A stretch of DNA of 64,000 nt from an uncultured delta proteobacterium (GCA_963820625.1 CAWGAV010000005.1:64083-128082), one strand, 5' to 3'. Positions 11,655 through 21,780 are shown, counted from the first letter of the stretch. A program made the numbers and translations. The notes: a model not told the origin generated them from the letters alone.

Positions 11655-13148
11655 ATGAAGAAGATTACGAGAAGACAATTCTTAAAGAGAACGGGTATTG
11701 GCATTGGCATTGGAGCCATAGCTTTAGGCCAGAGTAGCCGTGCTGAATCTGCTCAATTGCCAAAAGGTATTTGCAAAGAAAAGCATGATGTTGTGGTTAT
11801 AGGTGCAGGGCTTGCTGCCCTATCTGCGGCTCTCGAAGCAAGGAATAATGGTGCAGACGTCATCATTTTGGAGAAGACAAACATGAATAATTCAGGGGGC
11901 AGCTCAAAGCTTGCTGCAGGAATGATAGCCATTCCCAGCGATAACACGAAACAGGCTAAGGATGATTATTATGAAGACTTTATGAAGAAAAGCATGGGAA
12001 AGGCAGACCCAGAGCTAACAAGGGTTTTAGCAGATCAGGTCCTTGATGGAGCGGATTGGCTGAAGGCCCAGGGAATCGAATTTCTGCCTCCAATACCAGC
12101 AGCGGGTTTTCGGGTTAAAGGGATTGTAGGCGCCCCTGGACTTTATAAAGGGATGCCTAAAGCACTTGAAAGGTTGCGGGAGGTTTTGGAAAAACAGGGT
12201 ACAAAGATAGCCTATGAGACAAAGGCAAAAGAATTGATCATGGATTCGAGGGGAAGGGTAACAGGAGTTAAGGCCTTAGATAAAGCGGGAGTGAAGGATT
12301 ATATATCCCAAGCCGTCATCATCGCTAGCGGAGGATTTTCTGCCAACAAAGAAATGCTACAACTCTGGGTAGATCCTGATGCGGATGCGATGATGGTAAG
12401 AGGAGTGCCCTGGTCAACCGGAGACGGGATAAAGATGGCTCACAAGGCGGGAGCATTATTGGTAAATATGGGAGGCATGACAACCTTACATGTAGCAGCA
12501 GTAAGCCCAAAAAACACCGCTGCTGGAAATCCCTTCATATTTTTACCATTTTGTGTCGGCATCAATAGAGAGGGCAAACGTTTCGTGGATGAATCCAAAG
12601 GATACGTAGCCCTTGGTAAAACCACTATGAAACAACCAGGACAAAAAGTGGCGTTAATTTTCGATGAAGAGCTAAAGAAAACTCCTGTAGGGAGCGCCAC
12701 TGTAAAGCTCTTCCAGGGCTTAGGAATAGAAGTGATTGAGGCTGAGACAATCGAGGAGCTTGCTTCGAAGATAGGCACTCCTCCTGCTACGTTGAAGCTT
12801 ACAATAGATGAATTCAACAATGCGGTAAAAGATGGAAAGGCTTTAGAGATAAAACCTCCAAAGGAAGCACTTGCATATAAAATAATAACACCTAAATTTT
12901 ATGCCTTCTATCCCTTGGTTCCAGGAATAACTTTGACATTTGGTGGGGTTAAGGTAAACACTAATGCTCAAGTCCTTGAACCTGATGGAAGGATTATCCC
13001 AGGACTTTATGCTGTAGGGGAATGTGCTGGAGGTTTCTTTTACGATGATTATATCGGTGGAGGCTCATTGGCAAGATGTGTTGTGCTGGGTCGGATAGCA
13101 GGAAAGAATGCGGCTTCTGAGAAAGTGATGAAGAAAAAAACATCTTAA
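11655..13148 (+). CDS. Tat-exported FAD-binding flavoprotein of the fumarate/urocanate/methacrylate reductase (flavocytochrome c) family
   Basis: MKKITRRQFLKRTG matches the twin-arginine motif. FAD motif VVVIGAGLAALSAALEA, with C-terminal ...GLYAVGECAGG. RBS GGAGGG precedes the ATG at 11655. Confidence 0.85.
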   Translation: MKKITRRQFLKRTGIGIGIGAIALGQSSRAESAQLPKGICKEKHDVVVIGAGLAALSAALEARNNGADVIILEKTNMNNSGGSSKLAAGMIAIPSDNTKQAKDDYYEDFMKKSMGKADPELTRVLADQVLDGADWLKAQGIEFLPPIPAAGFRVKGIVGAPGLYKGMPKALERLREVLEKQGTKIAYETKAKELIMDSRGRVTGVKALDKAGVKDYISQAVIIASGGFSANKEMLQLWVDPDADAMMVRGVPWSTGDGIKMAHKAGALLVNMGGMTTLHVAAVSPKNTAAGNPFIFLPFCVGINREGKRFVDESKGYVALGKTTMKQPGQKVALIFDEELKKTPVGSATVKLFQGLGIEVIEAETIEELASKIGTPPATLKLTIDEFNNAVKDGKALEIKPPKEALAYKIITPKFYAFYPLVPGITLTFGGVKVNTNAQVLEPDGRIIPGLYAVGECAGGFFYDDYIGGGSLARCVVLGRIAGKNAASEKVMKKKTS

Positions 13149-13340
13149 AGGACACCATTTCTAATGCTCTATAAAGAGAGCTCTGAAAAACTACTACAAG
13201 CTCTCTTGATTACTCAGATTTCAAAGGTGATTACACAGATTTTTATGATTTCTTAATGTTTTCCATCTGTACTACTAACGTTGAATTTCTTGAAATTTTG
13301 TTAAGCATATTATCTTGTCAGTCTTCCGTCGGACTGTCCT

Positions 13341-13535
13341 TGTCATTCCTGCGAAAGCAGGAATCCAGTATTTTCATAGGCGTTCTGGACTCCCGCTTTC
13401 GCGGGAGTGACAGATAGTGGTTATTGAGCACGTAATAGGGTTCGCAAAATCAGCATGGTTTTATATTTGGTTGCGGCTATGCTGCGCTGTGTAATCGGGC
13501 CCTAATTCCTGCCTGCCGGTAGGCGGGAGTGTAAT
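13341..13535. repeat. REPIN-like hairpin doublet plus a further hairpin
   Basis: GTCATTCCTGCGAAAGCAGGAATCCAG, 16 nt, then CTGGACTCCCGCTTTCGCGGGAGTGAC (13342-13411). A CTGCCTGCCGGTAGGCGGG hairpin lies near 13510. Confidence 0.8.
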
Positions 13536-13669
13536 CAGAGATTTCCAGGGTTTTTCAGAAATCTCATAAAATAGTATTGACAGGGAGAAGACGATTGGGG
13601 TAAAAGGAAGGAGCCTAAGGGAAATCATAAGAATATAAAGGGGTTAAATTCATAAGGAGGTGGAGAACT

Positions 13670-14953
13670 ATGGTTAAAAAAATTGGTAGAAGAAAGTTTT
13701 TGAAAGATGCGGTCATTGGTGGCGTGGCCCTGGGAACGGGATTAGGAGGTTACCGGGTGACCTATGGCCAGGCCAAGAAGGCAACAGGCCCAATCAAAAT
13801 TGGTGGACAGGGTGCTATCTCAGGGGCCCATGCCGATTATGGTTGGCAGATGATGGCTGGAGCAACTCTGGCCATTGAGCAGATCAATGCGAAAGGTGGT
13901 ATCTTAGGTCGGAAACTTGAACTGAAATTCATGGACGAAGAGTTAAAGCCAGCCACCGCTGTCAAGAATGCAAGATATCTGGTTACGGATTGGGGAGCTG
14001 ACTTTCTTTTCGGGATAGACTCCAGCGGGAGTGCGATGGCAGTGGGTCCGGTATTGCCCGAACTGAATCGACTCTGTTTCGTCACTCATGGGGCCACCCA
14101 TCGATTGACAGAGGAGTTAGTCTATCAAAAGGGGATTAAACAGATTTTCAGGATGGTTGCACCAGTTTATCAGGACGCCCTGGCTGCCTGGGTCTTCAAA
14201 GACAATCCAGAAATTAAACGTTGGGCGGGCATCAACTGCGATTATGAATACGGATATGTGGCTTGGAATTTGTTTAAAGAAAATATCAGAAAATTCCGTC
14301 CGGATGTGGAATTTGTTGCGGCAGCCTGGGCACCCTTCTGGACCATGGACTTTTCATCCCATATCTCAGCAGTCATGGCTGAAAAACCTGATGCCATTTT
14401 TGCCACTCCATGGGCTGGTGAAGGGGTCATGCTCCTGAGACAAGCTCTGATGCTTGGAGTCTTTGATAAGATCCAGGTCTGGTGGCAGGGGATGGGGGGC
14501 TCGGTTGACCTTCTCGAAGGAATCTCCAGAGAAGTGGCAGGAGATAAATTCAAAGGGAAGCTTTGGGCAACTGCTCGCTACATTCACAACTACCCAGTTA
14601 CACCAGACAACAAAGCCTTTGTCGAAGCCTTTAGAAAGAGATGGGGTAAATTCCCCAACTACTCTGCAGAGGGAAGTTATGCCGCGATCTATGCGATCAA
14701 GGCAGGAGCTGAGAAGGCCAAGTCTCTGGAAACTGCAAAGGTTGGGGCAGCCTTGGAGGGAATGGAATTGAAAACCCCAGGAGGGATTCGTCTGATCAGA
14801 AAAGAGGACCATCAAGCTATCTATACAGTTCCGGCTGGCAGGGTCATTCAGAGTCCGGATTATCCATTACCTATTCTCGGAGATCTGAGGGTCATTCCGG
14901 CAAAAGATTATTTCCGTCATCCACCCTTTACACCTGTGGCTGCGACAAAATAG
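13670..14953 (+). CDS. ABC transporter substrate-binding protein, LivK/type-I periplasmic binding family
   Basis: 427 aa. N-terminal RRKFLKD signal. Lies immediately upstream of the LivH/M/G/F-type genes. Confidence 0.85.
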   Translation: MVKKIGRRKFLKDAVIGGVALGTGLGGYRVTYGQAKKATGPIKIGGQGAISGAHADYGWQMMAGATLAIEQINAKGGILGRKLELKFMDEELKPATAVKNARYLVTDWGADFLFGIDSSGSAMAVGPVLPELNRLCFVTHGATHRLTEELVYQKGIKQIFRMVAPVYQDALAAWVFKDNPEIKRWAGINCDYEYGYVAWNLFKENIRKFRPDVEFVAAAWAPFWTMDFSSHISAVMAEKPDAIFATPWAGEGVMLLRQALMLGVFDKIQVWWQGMGGSVDLLEGISREVAGDKFKGKLWATARYIHNYPVTPDNKAFVEAFRKRWGKFPNYSAEGSYAAIYAIKAGAEKAKSLETAKVGAALEGMELKTPGGIRLIRKEDHQAIYTVPAGRVIQSPDYPLPILGDLRVIPAKDYFRHPPFTPVAATK

Positions 14954-14995
14954 AACCTTCGGTTGCTAGAGGTTGGAGGCTCAAATAATTTTTAC

Positions 14996-15234
14996 TTTAT
15001 TAAGAACGCATCTGAAAACCCCGTCCTGTACCTGCCTGCCGGTAGGCAGGGCCGGGGATGAAAGATGTGTCTGCCAAAGGCAGAAAAGCCTTAATCAGAT
15101 GCTGAAACAAGTTCAGCATGACAACAGGGTTTTCCTCTTGTGTTTTGTCATCCCGAACTTGATTCGGGATCTGGTTTTCTGGTTTAGAGAATTTGGGTTT
15201 TAAAGCCCCGCCCTGTGGGCGGGGTTCTTTACTT
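14996..15234 (+). repeat. composite hairpin repeat, copy A (about 240 bp)
   Basis: Shares ordered modules with the copies at 19097, 21986 and 35355: CCCCGTCC..GGCAGG..GGACGGGG, TCTGCCAAAGGCAGA, GCTGAAACAAGTTCAGC, GTCATCCCGAA..., GCCCCGCCCTGTGGGCGGGG. Confidence 0.85.
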
Positions 15235-15268
15235 AGGCATCTATCCTCTTTCCTCTAACTGTATAAGG

Positions 15269-16129
15269 ATGTTTGAAAAATTAGTTTTTCAAAGCCTGAT
15301 CGGCTTAAGTTTTTCAATGTACCTCTGGCTCCTCGCCTCTGGGTTAACCCTTGTCTTTGGGGTCTTGGGGGTATTGAATTTCGCCCACGGCAGTCTCTTC
15401 ATGCTGGGTGCTTATGCTGCATTTACCTTCTATGGGAAACTCGGCCTCAATTTCTGGCTCTCCATTGCACTCAGCCTCATCAGTGTAGGGATCATTGGAG
15501 CAATCCTTGAGCGTCTTTTTATTCGTCGTATCTATGATATCGATCTTGCCTATCAATTGATCTTAACCTTCGGCTTCATTTTGATTTTCGATGATTTGGT
15601 CAAAATGGTCTGGGGTGGCGTGGCCATGATCCCTCCGATGCCTCGCTTTTTCGAAGGCAATCTTTCTGTCTTTGGAAGAGCTTTTCCTATCTACAATCTT
15701 TTCATCATCTTTGCCGGGTTGGCTTTGGCTTTAGTCCTCTGGCTCATTCTGGAGAAAACCTGGTGGGGAAGGATGATCCGGGCCTCTGCATCAGACCGGG
15801 AGATGGCGAGTGCTATTGGAATCAATATTCCTACCCTTTTCACCACGGTATTTGTTTTCTCAGCCATGCTCGCTGCATTTGGAGGAGCCCTGGGAACTCC
15901 TGTCCGTGTGGTAGCACCTGGAATCGGGACAGCCATGATCATTCAAGCATTTGTGATCACCGTAATCGGTGGGCTGGGAAATCTGAAAGGTGCCTTTGTA
16001 GGGGCTTTAATCGTTGGCATCTTAACTTCCTTCGGAATTTTACTCTTCCCCGTCTTTGAGCTCTTCATCATCTTTGTTGTGATGGCGATTGTATTGATGG
16101 TCAAACCGGAAGGACTTTTTGGGAAATAA
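15269..16129 (+). CDS. branched-chain amino acid-type ABC permease (LivH-like)
   Basis: Polytopic membrane protein with ...LNFAHGSLFMLGAY... The start is moved to the ATG at 15269 because the upstream ORF-track codons lie inside repeat copy A. Confidence 0.85.
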   Translation: MFEKLVFQSLIGLSFSMYLWLLASGLTLVFGVLGVLNFAHGSLFMLGAYAAFTFYGKLGLNFWLSIALSLISVGIIGAILERLFIRRIYDIDLAYQLILTFGFILIFDDLVKMVWGGVAMIPPMPRFFEGNLSVFGRAFPIYNLFIIFAGLALALVLWLILEKTWWGRMIRASASDREMASAIGINIPTLFTTVFVFSAMLAAFGGALGTPVRVVAPGIGTAMIIQAFVITVIGGLGNLKGAFVGALIVGILTSFGILLFPVFELFIIFVVMAIVLMVKPEGLFGK

Positions 16130-16170
16130 TCAATTAGCAATTAGACACTTATTTACAATGATCTAACAGT

Positions 16171-16265
16171 TGTCTTTCCCGCAAAAGCGGGAATCCAGAT
16201 TGAAGAGACTGGATTCCGGATCAAGTCCGGAATGACAAAACGTGTGAAGTCATTCCTGAGACAGT
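16171..16265. repeat. REPIN-like hairpin doublet
   Basis: GTCTTTCCCGCAAAAGCGGGAATCCAG, 10 nt, then CTGGATTCCGGATCAAGTCCGGAATGAC. Confidence 0.8.
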
Positions 16266-16286
16266 ACACTATTTTTTAATTTTACA

Positions 16287-17240
16287 ATGAAGAAATTCAA
16301 AACTCTACTCCTTGCAGCATTAATCTTATTTCTCCTTTTTCTTCCCACTTTTGCGGGGAAATATGGTCTTTACATGACCATCCATATTCTTATTCTCTCT
16401 GTGTTTGCTCTGGGCTTCAACCTTCTCTTAGGTTATACCGGTTTGCTCTCTTTTGGCCAGGCTGGATTCTTTGCGATGGGGGCCTATGCCTCGGCAAAAA
16501 TCCTTCTCGTCATCCCATCGCTCTTGTTAGGTGCGATCGCAGGGATGGTGGCTGGAGGTATCGCTGCCCTGATTCTCGGCTATCTCTGCGTCCGACACAC
16601 TCGAATCTACTTTTCTATGTTGACCCTCTCCTTTGGAATGATGATTTATTCTTTAGCCTGGAAATGGCGAGACGTCACGGGTGGGGATGACGGACTGGTT
16701 GGGATTCCAAGGGCCCCCTTTACGATTCCAGGGATTCTCAGCATCAATATGACCCCGATGGAAAATTATTACTATTTCGTGCTGGTGATCTCATTAATCG
16801 CAATGTTCATTCTTTACAGAATTGTAAACTCTCCATTTGGCCTCACTTTAAAAGGAATCCGCGATAGTGAAAACCGGGTTGCTTTTGCAGGAATTTCTAT
16901 CAGGAATTACCGCCTCCTCTCCTTCACGATTGCAGGGTTGTATGCAGGGCTTGCTGGGTCGTTCTTGCCGCCTCTTGAAAACACGGTCACTCCACCTCTT
17001 GCTCACTGGACACACTCGGCAGAACCCGTCATGGTTACGCTGCTCGGAGGCATCCATACTTTTTCTGGGCCTATTGTGGGATCGATTCTCTTCTATCTCA
17101 TCAAGGACATCATTGTCAGGTTTACTCAATATTGGTTGATCTGGTTTGGCTCCATCGTCGTCTTTTTAGTTTTGGTCTTTCGTGGAGGGGTCGTGATTTT
17201 CTTTACGGAAAAAATCTGGCCTCTGCTGAAACGAACATAG
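16287..17240 (+). CDS. branched-chain amino acid-type ABC permease (LivM-like)
   Basis: 317-aa polytopic protein with ...LLGYTGLLSFGQAGFFAMGAY... Confidence 0.85.
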   Translation: MKKFKTLLLAALILFLLFLPTFAGKYGLYMTIHILILSVFALGFNLLLGYTGLLSFGQAGFFAMGAYASAKILLVIPSLLLGAIAGMVAGGIAALILGYLCVRHTRIYFSMLTLSFGMMIYSLAWKWRDVTGGDDGLVGIPRAPFTIPGILSINMTPMENYYYFVLVISLIAMFILYRIVNSPFGLTLKGIRDSENRVAFAGISIRNYRLLSFTIAGLYAGLAGSFLPPLENTVTPPLAHWTHSAEPVMVTLLGGIHTFSGPIVGSILFYLIKDIIVRFTQYWLIWFGSIVVFLVLVFRGGVVIFFTEKIWPLLKRT

Positions 17241-17255
17241 GTAAGGGACTGTTGA

Positions 17256-18023
17256 ATGGGTGAACTCCTCAGGACAGAAAAACTCAGAAAATATTTTGGC
17301 GTGGTCAGTGCAGCAGATGATCTTGACCTCCAGATCGAAGAAGGAGTGCTCACCTCTATCATCGGACCCAATGGGGCGGGGAAGACTACGCTGATCAACC
17401 TCCTCACCGGAAATATCTTGGCCGATTCAGGAAAGGTCTTTTTCTGTGACGAAGATATTACACACCTTCCCATCCATAAGAGGGTGAAGAAGGGGATTTG
17501 CCGTTCTTTCCAGATTATGAACATCTTCCCCAAACTCACCGTCCTCGAAAACCTCCAGATCCCAATCCTCTCTCTTATGAATCGGAGTCTGAGTTTCCTC
17601 AAATCTGTTGATCGTCATACCGATGTGATTGAGCGGGTGGAAAAGTTGCTGAACGAGATTGGTTTGACGGATAAGAAAGGCCTCCCAGCCGGAACATTAT
17701 CCCATGGGGATCAGCGACTGCTTGAAATCGGCCTTGCCATGGCCCCTAACCCGAAACTCCTCTTTCTCGACGAACCTACGGCGGGGATGAACCCTGTAGA
17801 ACGAATAAAGATCTTAGAAAATATTCGGAGACTCTCTCGAGAACGACAATCCACCTTTGTGATCGTGGAACACGATATGGATATCGTCTTCTCCCTTTCA
17901 GATCGAATCGTTGTCTTGCATCGAGGCCAGATCCTTGCCGATGGTAGACCAGAAGAGATCAAGCAGAATGAGGATGTAAGAAAGGTCTACTTGGGTGAGG
18001 AACTTTTGTGGGAAAAGATATGA
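17256..18023 (+). CDS. ABC transporter ATP-binding protein (LivG-like)
   Basis: Walker A GPNGAGKTT, signature LSHGDQRLLEI, Walker B LLFLDEP. Confidence 0.9.
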   Translation: MGELLRTEKLRKYFGVVSAADDLDLQIEEGVLTSIIGPNGAGKTTLINLLTGNILADSGKVFFCDEDITHLPIHKRVKKGICRSFQIMNIFPKLTVLENLQIPILSLMNRSLSFLKSVDRHTDVIERVEKLLNEIGLTDKKGLPAGTLSHGDQRLLEIGLAMAPNPKLLFLDEPTAGMNPVERIKILENIRRLSRERQSTFVIVEHDMDIVFSLSDRIVVLHRGQILADGRPEEIKQNEDVRKVYLGEELLWEKI

Positions 18024-18745
18024 GCTCTGAATCTCCGGATTTTATTCTCAACATCGATCAGATCAACACCTTCTATGGCCAGAGCCATGTCCTGCAAGGG
18101 GTTTCCCTATCTATTCATAGAGGGGAGGTCGTTTGTCTTTTGGGGCGGAATGGGGTTGGCAAGACCACCACACTCCGCTCGATTATAGGACTCACACCTC
18201 CAAGATCAGGTCGGATCCTTCTCAAAGGCGTTGACGTCGCAGGGAAGCAGCCTTTTCAGATAGCTCAGATGGGCATTGGTTATGTACCGGATGACCGAAG
18301 GATCTTCGCCGACCTCACCCTATTTGAAAATCTGGAGTTGGCCCGTCGCTTAGCCAGCAAAGGCAAAACCCAATGGACCTTTGAAAAGATTTACGATCTC
18401 TTCCCCGTCTTTATCGATTTGAAGGAACGGAAAGGAAACCAGCTGAGCGGCGGCGAGCAGAAGATGCTGGCGATTGGCCGAGCCTTGATGAAAAATCCGG
18501 ATCTTATCCTCCTCGATGAACCTTCTGAAGGCCTGGCGCCCCTTATCGTTCAAAATCTGGTTGAGGTCATTACCCGGATTCGAAGTGAAGGAGTGACCAT
18601 CCTTCTTGCCGACCAGAATCTCAAATTCTGCCGGAAGACTTCTGATCGGGGCTATATCTTAGAAAAAGGAATGATTCAGTATCAAGGAGTCATGGAAGAG
18701 ATCTGGCAGAATGAGGAAATTGTCAGGAAATACCTCGTCGTCTAA
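18020..18745 (+). CDS. ABC transporter ATP-binding protein (LivF-like)
   Basis: Walker A GRNGVGKTT, signature LSGGEQKMLAI, Walker B LILLDEP. Overlaps the upstream stop codon. Confidence 0.9.
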   Translation: MSSESPDFILNIDQINTFYGQSHVLQGVSLSIHRGEVVCLLGRNGVGKTTTLRSIIGLTPPRSGRILLKGVDVAGKQPFQIAQMGIGYVPDDRRIFADLTLFENLELARRLASKGKTQWTFEKIYDLFPVFIDLKERKGNQLSGGEQKMLAIGRALMKNPDLILLDEPSEGLAPLIVQNLVEVITRIRSEGVTILLADQNLKFCRKTSDRGYILEKGMIQYQGVMEEIWQNEEIVRKYLVV

Positions 18746-18818
18746 ATGGCCATTTGCATCCTTTTGCTACCAGCCTAAATCCAAAACAATACCGAAGAAT
18801 CCTTAAATCAAAAATGTT

Positions 18819-19015
18819 TGTCACCCTGGACTCGTTTCAGGGTCTCCTTTTTTGAGATTCTGAAACAAGTTCAGAATGACGGCATTTGTGGTCGCTACAT
18901 TTCCCATATCTTCCCCCTTCTCATTCCTGCCCCGGTTTTCACCGGGCTAAACTCCAGCAGGAATCCAGATTTCTTATAAAACCTATATCTGGATTCCCGT
19001 TTGCACGGGAATGAT
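18819..19015. repeat. cluster of REP-like hairpins including a nested REPIN-like doublet
   Basis: Hairpins CACCCTGGACTCGTTTCAGGGT and CTGAAACAAGTTCAG. Then TCATTCCTGC[CCCGGTTTTCACCGGG...]AGCAGGAATCCAG, 20 nt, then CTGGATTCCCGTTTGCACGGGAATGA. Confidence 0.8.
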
Positions 19016-19096
19016 AATCTTAAAGTACTGTTATAAATTAAATTTTCATCATTCGTGCCTGCAGACTTGCGTGGGTGATCAACTAATCATTTAAAA

Positions 19097-19378
19097 TTTA
19101 TTAAGAACGCGTCTGAAAACCCCGTCCTGTGCCTGCCTGCCGGTAGGCAGGGACGGGGATGAAATATGTGTCTGCCAAAGGCAGAAAAGCCTTAATCAGA
19201 TGCTAAAACAAGCCTGATCTCCATCAGGCCAAGGTTAAGCATGACAACAGGGTTTTCCTCTTGTGTCTTGTCATCCCGAACCAGGTCCTGAACTTGTTTC
19301 AGGATCTAACGATTTCGGGATCTTGGTTTAGAGAATTTGGGTTTTAAAGCCCCGCCCTGTGGGCGGGGTTCTTTACTT
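19097..19378 (+). repeat. composite hairpin repeat, copy B (about 280 bp)
   Basis: Colinear with copy A apart from module indels. It is the reverse complement of the copies at 21986 and 35355. Confidence 0.85.
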
Positions 19379-19452
19379 GTCAGTGGGTGCTTATTACCCC
19401 TATCCCGGTGCCCTCTTTACAAAGGATAGATATATTGATAATGAATTAAGAA

Positions 19453-21780
19453 ATGAAAACCCAATTCCTAAAAGTCTCTTTATTCATCATGGGGCTGAGC
19501 AGTATCACGGCTCAGATTGTCCTCCTCAGAGAACTGCTCGTTTCCTTCCTCGGCAACGAACTCACTCTCGGTGTCATCCTTGCCAACTGGCTGGTCCTGG
19601 TGGCCATCGGCTCTTTCCTTATCGGCAAATCTGTCGAACATGTTGATAGAAAAATAGAAATTTTTGTGGTATTCCAACTGGCCTTTTCCGTAGCCTTCCC
19701 TTTTGCCATCTTTCTCTGCCGGATATTTAAAAATATTCTTCTCACTACCCCAGGAGAAGCTCTCGGCTTTGCCCCCATATGGTACTCATCGTTTATAATC
19801 CTTCTCCCTGTAACCCTTCCCTACGGAGCCCTTTTCACTTATGGATGTAAACTCTATTCCCAGTATGCCAGGGACGGGGCTTCTTCTGTCGGGAAGGTCT
19901 ACCTTTTAGAAACTCTCGGATCCATCATCGGGGGCTTGCTACTGACCTTCCTTCTCATTCAATATCTCAATTCTTTTGAGATCGCCTTTCTCATCTCTCT
20001 GATGAATCCCCTCATTGCAGCCTTCCTTCTCCCACCCATCCCTAAGGCTCGATATTTTTCGTTTCGAAATATTCTTTTTTCCGTTTCCATATTCATTGTA
20101 CTCTTTTTTGTTTATTTGCTTTTGACTCCCTCGGCAAAAAAAATCGATTCTTTTTCTATCAATTCTCAGTGGAGAAATTTAAATGTCATTCATAATGAAA
20201 ACTCCATCTATGGGAATATTACGGTTACGCAAAGAGGAGAGCAGTTCACCTTTTATAACGACGGGGTACCATCCATTACCACTCCCATACCGGATATTGC
20301 ATTCATTGAGGACTTTGTCCACTTCCCAATGCTTTTCCATGAAAAACCTGGTTCGGTTCTCATTCTCAGCGGAGGAGCTGGGGGAATGATCCACGAAATC
20401 TTAAAATATCCTGTGGCACGTGTGGATTATGTTGAATTGGATCCCCTGCTCTTGAAACTGGTTCAGAAATTCTCAACTCCCCTCACCCAATCCGAACTCG
20501 CGGATAAAAGAGTAAGGATTCATTATACCGATGGCCGACTTTTCATCCAGAGAACACAGGATCGATTTGACCTTATCTTTATCGGACTTTCTGCCCCTCA
20601 GGCCCTGCAGACCAATCGACTCTTCTCTTCCGAATTTTTCTCTGCAGCCAAGATGAAGATGAATGCCCACGGAATCCTGGCGTTAACCCTTCCTGGCTCA
20701 ATGACCTATATCAGCCCGGAACTAAGAGATCTGAACGGGTGCATTTTGGACACCTTAAAGAATGTCTATCGTCACGTGAGAGTCATCCCGGGGGATGTGA
20801 ATCTATACCTCGCTTCGGATTTCGACTTTCTTGAAAAGATATCTCCCAATGAAATTTCCAAACGGTTCGAAGAGAGAAAGATACGAGCAAGTCTCATTAC
20901 AAGAAACTACATTGAATACCGGCTTAACGAAAGATGGCTCAAATGGTTCTGGCAATCCATGGAAGGAAGAAAGATTCGCATCAATTCCGATTTTCATCCC
21001 CTGGGTGTGTTCTTCAATCTTTCTTACTGGAATAGTCTATTTTCTCCTTATCTCACAGGAGTCTTCAAATGGTATGAGAAACTTAGTCTGACCCTATCCA
21101 TTGCCAAAATACTTCTCGTCACCATCATTCTTGCAATCATTTTTATAAAAATGCCTCAATACTCCAACCATTCCGTTACCTATTCCATCTTTACTACCGG
21201 GTTGACAGGGATGATATTCAGTTTAGCCATTATCTTTGCCTTTCAAACCCTTTACGGCTATCTCTATCACCAAATTGGCCTTCTCATAGCGATCTTGATG
21301 CTCGGGATTGCCTCAGGTAGTTTCTTTATCACGAAACGTTTCGATCGGATTACAAATGATTCTCTCCTTTTTCTAAAAACAGAAATAGCGATCATCCTCT
21401 TCTCCATCCTGTTCCCCTTTGTATTCCTCGCTCCATCTCATCATCTTGAAAATAGGGTCGTCTATTTCATTCTCTATGGAGCCGTTTTGATCATGTCTTT
21501 TCTTTCTGGAATGTTCATCGGATTCCAATTTCCTTTAGCCAACAAAATTTATTTAAGGTCCCGTCCTGATAAAAGAGGACTCGCCCAAACAGCAGGTTTA
21601 CTCTATGGGGCGGACCTATTCGGAGGTTTCTTCGGAGGGTTGTCTGGAGGTATTCTTTTGTTGCCAGTGGTTGGTTTAAAGGAAACCTGTTTTATCATGG
21701 CGATGCTCAAAATCAGCAGCGGGTTGCTTTTTTTGCTTTTTATGAGGAGTAAAAAAGATCTCGGCGTAGGGCAGGCATAG
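19453..21780 (+). CDS. fused polytopic membrane / spermidine-synthase-like (aminopropyltransferase fold) protein
   Basis: 775 aa. N- and C-terminal multi-TM regions flank a central SAM-MTase/spermidine synthase-like core (...VLILSGGAGGMIHEILKYP...VDYVELDP...). Confidence 0.75.
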   Translation: MKTQFLKVSLFIMGLSSITAQIVLLRELLVSFLGNELTLGVILANWLVLVAIGSFLIGKSVEHVDRKIEIFVVFQLAFSVAFPFAIFLCRIFKNILLTTPGEALGFAPIWYSSFIILLPVTLPYGALFTYGCKLYSQYARDGASSVGKVYLLETLGSIIGGLLLTFLLIQYLNSFEIAFLISLMNPLIAAFLLPPIPKARYFSFRNILFSVSIFIVLFFVYLLLTPSAKKIDSFSINSQWRNLNVIHNENSIYGNITVTQRGEQFTFYNDGVPSITTPIPDIAFIEDFVHFPMLFHEKPGSVLILSGGAGGMIHEILKYPVARVDYVELDPLLLKLVQKFSTPLTQSELADKRVRIHYTDGRLFIQRTQDRFDLIFIGLSAPQALQTNRLFSSEFFSAAKMKMNAHGILALTLPGSMTYISPELRDLNGCILDTLKNVYRHVRVIPGDVNLYLASDFDFLEKISPNEISKRFEERKIRASLITRNYIEYRLNERWLKWFWQSMEGRKIRINSDFHPLGVFFNLSYWNSLFSPYLTGVFKWYEKLSLTLSIAKILLVTIILAIIFIKMPQYSNHSVTYSIFTTGLTGMIFSLAIIFAFQTLYGYLYHQIGLLIAILMLGIASGSFFITKRFDRITNDSLLFLKTEIAIILFSILFPFVFLAPSHHLENRVVYFILYGAVLIMSFLSGMFIGFQFPLANKIYLRSRPDKRGLAQTAGLLYGADLFGGFFGGLSGGILLLPVVGLKETCFIMAMLKISSGLLFLLFMRSKKDLGVGQA

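Noticed and set aside
14973-15203. 76-aa ORF, plus similar ORFs at 19359-19646, 21740-21976 and 35288-35533
   Set aside because: They are translations of the composite hairpin repeats (for example the ...MLKQVQHDN... strings). They recur wherever the repeat occurs, in either orientation, and so are not genes.
13341-19015. Possible CRISPR array, considered because of the recurring palindromic repeats
   Set aside because: The repeats are inverted doublets scattered singly between genes. They lack regular spacing and unique spacers, and no cas genes are present.
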